A stretch of 63,980 nucleotides of DNA, counting the filler, from Aduncisulcus paluster (Eukaryota): the NCBI GenBank assembly GCA_024181965.1. It is 7 parts of 7 records of this genome, joined end to end, with 100 filler letters (N's around TTAATTAATTAA, not from the genome) between each part and the next. Parts side by side here need not be neighbours in the genome. Positions count along the whole stretch, not along the records: positions 56,707 to 61,050 come from BQXS01011101.1; positions 61,151 to 63,980 come from BQXS01011276.1; 5 more parts are not named here. One strand, written 5' to 3'. Under the pieces are notes generated by a model. It saw nothing but the letters and a program-made list of their open reading frames with translations. It was not told the DNA's origin and searched no databases. Of the stretch, positions 56,607-63,980 are shown one piece after another (position 1 is the stretch's first letter; every line of letters starts with the position of its first letter). The position numbers were made by a program, and so were the translations under genes.

Positions 56607-56982
56607 NNNNNNNNNNNNNNNNNNNNNNNNNNNNNNNNNNNNNNNNNNNNTTAATTAATTAANNNNNNNNNNNNNNNNNNNNNNNNNNNNNNNNNNNNNN
56701 NNNNNNGTTACAAGTTTATTTCAGTTGTAAAAAATAGTATTTTAAGTTGTTAAAAACTATATTTTACAACTTAAAATTAAAAATACGTTTTAATGGGTAT
56801 CTAATAAATTTTATTGTCTTATTTTCTTAAATTTAATGTTGAAATGCTATTTAATGCATTCTACGAGCAGGAAAAAGAAAAATAAAATGACTGAAACAGA
56901 TTTGCCTTTATTTTACTATAAAAATTTCTTAAATAATGAAAAATGAAAAATAAAAACAAAAAAAATGAAAAATCGTTGGAGT

Positions 56983-57106
56983 CCCCCCCTTTTTTTACAT
57001 TGTAAGACAGATTAAGGGGGGGGGCATATCGGGGGAACGAGGAGCAGCATAATATAAAAAATAAATAAGACTTACGCCTCCCCTGGGTTGGCCAAACCCA
57101 AGGGAG
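56983..57106. other. Two GC-rich hairpins in very AT-rich DNA flanking the transposase locus
   Basis: CCCCCCCTT...AAGGGGGGG (56983-57022) and CTCCC-C-TGGGTT-GGCCA-AACCCA-A-GGGAG (57078-57106). Confidence 0.6.
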
Positions 57107-58296
57107 ACCGCTTTTAAGGACACGATGTTGACAAATAAAGAAGATAAAAATGGCAACTTGGTGCAAACATGTTGCTTGCATAAAAATGATATAAAAATGA
57201 AATAAATGTTAATAAAAATGATAATTTTGAAAAATATTTTTATTTAAGGTCCATATAAATTTGGAAAACGCCCGATACAAAAACCTTCAGTGGAATGCCT
57301 TCCAAGGCCTGTTTTTGTCTGGCTGATCTGACACGAAAATGGGTGAAATTTTGGCAAATTTAGTCAAATAATATACGGAAAAATTCAAATAATGGCAATT
57401 CTTCCAGTAAATTTGCGCATATAATTTTTACTAAAAACCGACAGATTTGGCAAATCAGGATAAGTGATTTCAATTTTGTTCAAATAAACCCTGATTTTTT
57501 ATGGTATTAAGAAGTAGTAATTGAATTGTTGTTCTTAAATTATTGTATATAAAGCACCAACAAATTCACAAAAATAGTGAAAATGAAGTCATAAAGAGCC
57601 GAATCATCAAGAAAAGCATAATGAAGCAGAATCAGCTAGCAAACATGATGTTATATTTCTGAACAGTTTGATAGACAGTATTCAACCAAAACAGACTGAT
57701 CATAAATAAAATGAGCCAAATTTCAGCATATGTTCACAAATAAGAAACATTTCAAACGCTTGGCAAGAATTCGATAACAATATCTCTGACAAATAAATAG
57801 CAATGTATAAAAGCAATATTTATAAATCAAAGAACGAAAAAATAAAGAAATAGAACGGTTAGAGAAAAAAAACCTGAAAGAAAAAAAAAAAGAAACAGCA
57901 AAAAATCACATACCAAATGAGAGGGCTTACTACACGTGCAATACTCTTATATCGGCGAAAACACAAAAATATTGCATAAAAACTGCAATTTGGGTCGCGA
58001 CTCCAAATTTCAATTACATGTCTTGCCCAAAACCAAACATCGATTCTGCTCCAAAATTTTTCGATGTAATCATACATTTATTTTATGATACAAATCAAGT
58101 AATATTAAATAAAATTACGTCATTAACAAATTGCAAAGTTTATTAATATTGTATACTGGGAAATTCGCAACATATAGAAAAACACCGGTACAAAGGTTAC
58201 TGGGTTAATGGGATTCACTCAACGTGCAAGAATCAACAACTGAACCAATAAGAAGAAGACTGTAAGTTCGAATTGCACCAGAATAATCACAATTAA

Positions 58297-59016
58297 TCAT
58301 AATACCAACGAGTCTTCAGAAGTTCCACTAGAATTGTCCCCTTCAGACACGCTCTCTTCCTCCCGTTCACAATGACTCTCCACAGCACTACTAGTGGTTC
58401 TGGTAGTACTACTATTAGTGGTAGTTATTTCATCTGATTGAGTTCTTGTTAATTGTGCGGATGACCTCCGTTTCTTACTTTCATTTTGTTTTGCATGGCG
58501 TAAAGCATTAGTGATTTTTTTGGTCTGTCTACAATATGAGATGACGGATGAGATTTCCATTTTCTTGATATCAGTGGAGTCAAATTCAAGGAATGGAAGA
58601 GTTTTTAAAACGTATCGTTCAGCCTCTTCTTTTAGGATATGGGAATAAAGCGAATATTTGATTTCTGAGGCTTCCATAATCCTTTTTTTGCAGTCACGAT
58701 TCGAAAAAACCTTTTCAACAACCACTTTAACAAGATTATGGAATATATCTTCCTCTCGTTCCTTAATGACCGATCGAATATCCAGAAATCTACTCATCGT
58801 TAAAGATTGCTGACTAATAGGCCTTGCCCATTCTAAAGCAGCTTGTATTTCAACTAATTTCTGTTCTACTGCTTTTCTGTCTTTTCGACAACCCTCTCGA
58901 ATGTATTTTGCTGTTTTATGTAGATCTTTCTTCACAATTGGTTCAGGAACTTCCCGTAATATTTCACTTGAGTCTAATGGTTGATATGGAGTCGGCAAAA
59001 ACGAGGGATTCGACAT
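58297..59016 (-). CDS. 239-aa hypothetical helical protein divergent from the transposase (possible element accessory gene)
   Basis: Intact ATG-to-TGA ORF with an NLS-like SKKRR and an acidic Ser/Thr tail, head-to-head with the transposase 277 bp away. Confidence 0.65.
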   Translation of the reverse strand: MSNPSFLPTPYQPLDSSEILREVPEPIVKKDLHKTAKYIREGCRKDRKAVEQKLVEIQAALEWARPISQQSLTMSRFLDIRSVIKEREEDIFHNLVKVVVEKVFSNRDCKKRIMEASEIKYSLYSHILKEEAERYVLKTLPFLEFDSTDIKKMEISSVISYCRQTKKITNALRHAKQNESKKRRSSAQLTRTQSDEITTTNSSTTRTTSSAVESHCEREEESVSEGDNSSGTSEDSLVL

Positions 59017-59293
59017 TGATTAATTTTGATGTTGATAAAATTGATGCCAAATCCAAATCACTGTTTCTAAATTTCAAATTTATGCAAGGTAAGAGTTGAA
59101 CTGTGACCAAAATATAAAAATAAATTTGGATTTATGTAAATCATATTAAATATAGTTAAATCGGCGATTGAAACTCGCCATTTATTTATATTAAAGGGCT
59201 TGATAAAAAAAACCAATTTAAATAAAGAAAAATCCTTGCATAAAGTCCAGAAGCTTCCCAAACGGTAAAAAAAAGTATATTTGTTAAAATTAT

Positions 59294-61050
59294 ATGCTTG
59301 ATATACCATTAAGAGCAAAATATGTATGTTATATGGGTCTTTCTTTTCTTTCCATAACCATTTGAACTTCTAAGACTAACTTTAATATTTTTTTCAAGAG
59401 ATTCTACTGTGTGTCGTGTGATAAGTTGCTTAGGACCCAAAGATCCATGAGAGACCACGTGAAAGAGGCAGGAGATCACGAAATCCTGGACAGAGCCGTC
59501 ACCCCGAACTTCTACGCACATCTGAGTGAGAAAGGGGTTCCTCAGGCCCGAATAGGGCAGTTACGCGATACCATTAATCCGAGATCAGCTCTGGATCCAA
59601 TGCTTGACGAAGAATCTTCCTCTTGTTCCGAGTTAAGTGAAGAGTCTGAGATCGATGACAGTTCCACGTGTTTTGTTACAGATCGACATCACCTGTCCGA
59701 GGTTTGGTCGACAACTGCACTGCCGGTGAAGAAGAGAGCCTCTGTACGAAGGAGAGGTGTCAGTACTGGAGACTTTGAGATTGTGAGGGACGTTTTCGAA
59801 AAGAGTGATGATATGTGGGCATCTGACTCTGGGTACGCCAAGTTTGATAAAAGACTTCGGTCTTGTACCATTGTTAGAACCATGAGATCTGGTTCACTCG
59901 AGGTCGGGGCTATGACCCCCATGACAAATGTTATTGAAGGCTACGTCCTTCATAATTTAAGAAACTCCAATCTTTTTTCTCTTCCCATTTCTTCTTTTTG
60001 TTATTCTCCTTTTTTTTCACGTGTTTTTCTTTCTTTTAAGCTGGTTCTCTATGTTGATGGTTTCCAGAACGTTAGAGACCAGTCTTCTTCTCTAAGTGAC
60101 ATTTGTGGCGTGTATCTCCAGGACGTTTCAGGAGATAACAGAAGATTATCATCTATCATGACTTATGGCCTCTGTCCTGTTGCAGATAAAAAAGGGATTT
60201 CTCTATGCCCTTCAATTAAGAAAGATGATAAAATTCTCCGCAAAGGTTTTTCTTTTTCCCTTTTTTCTTTTGTTTTTTTTGTTTCTGGTAGCATTTGTTG
60301 TGTAAGTGCTGATACCCCACAAAAATGTGCTCTAGCGGGGCTCACAGCGTCTTTTCCGAAGAACTGTGCCTTCTGTTCTGGTCTACTCTCCAAACCAGAC
60401 TATCGCCAAGTGACACCAGAAGAATGGATATCAGGAGAGAGGACAATGCCGAGAGAAGAGGTGGCAAGTCTAGTATCTGATAATACCCTGACCCGTAATC
60501 TTTTTGGTTTAGACTTCCTTCACATGGAGGTAAAGGGTGTCGGCAAATATTATCTCGATCTCTCATTATTTTTTTTAAGGACATCGAGAGGAGGAGTTGC
60601 AGTGGCCACTGATATTCTTAATCAGCGGTTAAAACAGTTCAGTTTACCAGCGATACACGATTCCTCATGTAGCAACTGGGAGGGATATCATCATATATGG
60701 ATTACCCACCTATCGAATCTCATCCTCGGAGATCTAGTCAGAGAACCTCTTGTCCTCCTAATGTGGGAGGAGAGACAACTTTATATGTCCCATTTAAGTT
60801 CTGTCAGTTTATCCAATGCTTCGATTGTACAGGAGTACATCAAGAGAAGCAGACGGTCCTACATCTCTCTCCATAAGCTGATGGTAACTGAATTAAGGCA
60901 GGAAGTTCAAAGGAGACGTTTAGGAAGAGAAGATATTCACGTTCCAAGTCTTCCTAAGTCTGTGGTTCTCCATGGATTTGCGGCCCACCTGAAAGATCAT
61001 CTCAAGATCCACAAAGAGATTCGGATAGGGGATACTTCTCTTTTTGAAAG
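59294..61050 (+). mobile_element. CMC/EnSpm- or Plavaka-like DNA transposase with N-terminal C2H2 finger, 3'-partial; predicted 75-nt intron 59324-59398
   Basis: MLDIPLRAKY|RFYCVSCDKLLRTQRSMRDHVKEAGDH, then LYVDG...GVYL, SADTP....LAG...CAFC, DFLHMEVKG and H...HL...FE at the contig end. The intron has GTATGT, ACTAAC and a T-tract. Confidence 0.72.
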
Positions 61051-61152
61051 NNNNNNNNNNNNNNNNNNNNNNNNNNNNNNNNNNNNNNNNNNNNTTAATT
61101 AATTAANNNNNNNNNNNNNNNNNNNNNNNNNNNNNNNNNNNNNNNNNNNNAC

Positions 61153-63980
61153 GGTACACTCAATGAGGAAGGTATTGATAACTCGAATGGTATCATTATG
61201 ATGGAACATTGGCTCCATCAGATCGCGATATGCACACCTCCACGTGTGTGGGGAAGGAAAGGAGTTGGTAGACGAGGCCATGAGACAGAATCTAAGAGAA
61301 AAGGAGGTGAGGCAGAAGAGGAGTTCTTATCCTATCCAAATCACAATTCTATTCTTGATTATCGAACAAAAATGGCTGATTCTAACCCCAAAGCTACTTC
61401 TTTGAACAAGAAATATCGTAAGAAGGAAATAGGTATGCTATGGGGTGTCGTTGGACATGCTCACTCTCTTCGACGGGATAAACGAAAAGATCACCACCAC
61501 CATCGAAGGATATCACACTCAGCTTCTCATCGTCACCCTTCAAGAGCTCATACGGGGAAATATGATATTTGGGATCAACAATCCGTCATTTCGAATTCAT
61601 TCTTTCCTCGTTTCCCTTCCCTCTTGCCAATCAATTCTCCATTTTCAATCCCAAATGGTCAGATGAAACACCTTTCTTCAGCGCTATTCTCATTTCTTTC
61701 TTCCTCTCTTCACCTTTCATACTCATCTTTCCTCTCCTCTGCATCCGCTGTAAGTGTCAGTGTCGGAACTGATCCCAAAATAGATATTTCTGGAGGCGTC
61801 GAACAACAAACTTCATGCATGTCCGCTGAAGAAATGTCCTCAAAAGGCATTAATAACGTTGATTTTAGTATTTGGTTGTGGCTTGAAATGGAAGGAGAAG
61901 AAATGGTTAGTGAACGAAGGAAAAGAAAACGAATTGAATCTGGATGGATAAGTTATATGAATACGGAACTTAGGAGAGCTGTCATAGGAGCAGATACTCT
62001 TGGAATTGTTGATGAAGAGTTTGAAACTTGGAACTTCCGAAGTCCAGCTTCGATGGTTCTTCCTCTATCATCTTCAATCACATATCTCGACATAAAGAAG
62101 CATTTAAGCCATTCTCTTTGTTTTTACTTGTATGTTCTGTTCCGAATTGAACTATATCGTGTGATTAGACCACTTCAAATGTGCTCAGCTACAAGCTCTA
62201 GCGGTGAGAATGTTTCATCTCCAACGAAATCTCCTTCTTTGGAAACTCTGTCATCTGTTTGTTTCTCCTATATTCCGGTATTTTCTCATATTTTCCCTGT
62301 TGTCCGTTCTAAAAATAGTTCAAACCCCTCTTACAGTGTTCTTGTTGGTGTGACTGGAGTTTCTGAAGATGGGGGATTTGGTGGAAAGAAGACAGCGGTT
62401 ATTCTTGAACGATTGATTGATAGGTGTCTAATTGAATGGATCAAAACGGCCAATCTTAATGATTTAATATGTGTCCTTTGTGATTTGCTTCTCATTTCAA
62501 TGTGCATGATTGAACAACGTCGAAGAATAGCAAGAAAACACATAAAGTATATTCTACATCTTAAACCATTCCTTTTGTGGCAGCAGCCATGTGTATCTGT
62601 GCTTCTTGACCTGTTGTCATTCTTTCTCTTGGAGGAGAGAAAGAATCAATTGTTTGGCCGTTCTCGTGGAACTCCAACATCATCTGTGTTGTGCAATTTT
62701 GTTGATTCGCCTCCTTTTGTCTCTGTTGAGTTCTCTCCACCTTCTTATATCGAACAAAATAGCTGTGTGCATTGTTTGAAGCGCCTTGTCGATATGTGGA
62801 TGGCTCAGAGCATGCTTTTGAACGCTGATACGGCGATTGTTGCTATTTCTCATGCACTCAGAAATCCCCTGACTCCACTATTCTGGAATACTGGAACGCA
62901 AGAGAGAGATGCATCTTTGCATGAATATACAATGGAGGCTGGCAGATCTATGGGTTCAGTGCAGTCATTTCAGAAAGTCATGAGCAACGAAACGATGTCT
63001 GGCATGATGTCTCCAGCACTTCCTTTTATCCTCTCTTCTTTGTCAATGCATTCCACTTCGTTGGGATCTTTAGGCCTCGTTATCTCCGACTTATCCCTAA
63101 CTCCTCCATCAATTCCCTCCATGATCATCTCTATTCTTCAGAACTCATCAAGTTTTGATCTATTTAATCCATATTCTGGCTCTGATAGAACAAACTCTAT
63201 TGGTGATTGGACTGGTTCGGTCAGTGGTTGGTCTATTCCTGGAGATTCTGCTCGAACAAGAGGGTATAGAAAGACTGATGTTGAAGGCAAGGACAATACA
63301 ATGCATCCATCATTCTTCACCTCTCATGAATCTCCTTTGGCATCCTTTATTCATTTGTTTGGACAGATCACTCATTCAATTCCCGTCGGACATGATAAAT
63401 TGAAATCAAAAATTAATATTTCACATGCTGACTATCATTTTATTAATGTTATTCCAATACTCATTAGTAGAATGCGTAAATGTGGAGATATTAATGAATT
63501 GAAAGCTTTCCAATCCAAATATTTCCCTGTGCCAACGATATCTACTGGTAATATCGGCAACAATGTCGGTAAGAAAAATGCAATGAGAGCAGATGAAGAT
63601 GCATTTGATGTCGAGTTTTCTGTGTTTTTATCATTGACATCTCTCCTCCTTTCTTCAACATTTTCCTCAAAAAATTCGATAGAATCATGTCACGCCACGA
63701 TGTCACTTATTTTTAGAGTTTCATACACTCTCCTCCATATCTTCAATATATCTCCTCTTCCAGTGAGTGTGGGAATTGTAGCTTGGTTACAAGATAGAAT
63801 GGAACGAAAACAAGGATTATGGGCTGAGAAAATTAATATCCAATGTGAATGTCATGATCATCGTAGACAAAAATCAGGAAGATCTAAGAAATCTAGGACA
63901 ATTTCACGAGATTCCAAAGGTTCGTGTGATGATACTTCTCTTCAAGATGGTCTTTGTTCAGTTTGCTTGAATCGTGCCTA
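61153..63980 (+). CDS. Internal part of a very large hypothetical protein (>940 aa, open at both ends)
   Basis: Manual translation from 61153 (GTLNEEGIDNSNGIIMMEHW...) has no stop through to the window end. It is missed by the ORF track. Confidence 0.85.

Overview
This is eukaryotic, AT-rich, gene-dense DNA from an intron-poor anaerobic flagellate. SF-assemblin/beta-giardin, RpiB, a presequence-bearing Nfu and GTATGT introns point to a fornicate/Carpediemonas-like organism such as Aduncisulcus (inference, no search run). The window is not one locus. It is 7 contigs joined by artificial 100-bp N44-TTAATTAATTAA-N44 spacers: 1-13155, 13256-17560, 17661-22119, 22220-28168, 28269-56606, 56707-61050 and 61151-63980. 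Five 20-N gaps are flanked by duplicated sequence. Recognisable genes are DPH6, a thioredoxin/PDI-like protein, RpiB, EFCAB10-like, NFU1, PI31, Hsp110, Vps18, Mog1, a MUN-domain (Munc13/PATROL1-like) protein and SF-assemblin. Most interesting: (1) an expanded modular family with up to 7 copies of an unrecognised ~170-aa beta-rich domain, often one domain per phase-0 exon, fused to a near-identical kinase (4 members on 3 contigs); (2) two GC-enriched, strand-specific structured ncRNA candidates (7799-8000 + and 38205-38370 -), each with U1-like traits; (3) a spliced C2H2-finger CMC/Plavaka-like transposase with a divergent partner ORF; (4) a contig of co-oriented transposon debris (Ty3/Gypsy RT plus DNA transposase); (5) a DEAH pseudo-helicase and a strongly codon-biased orphan P-loop protein.
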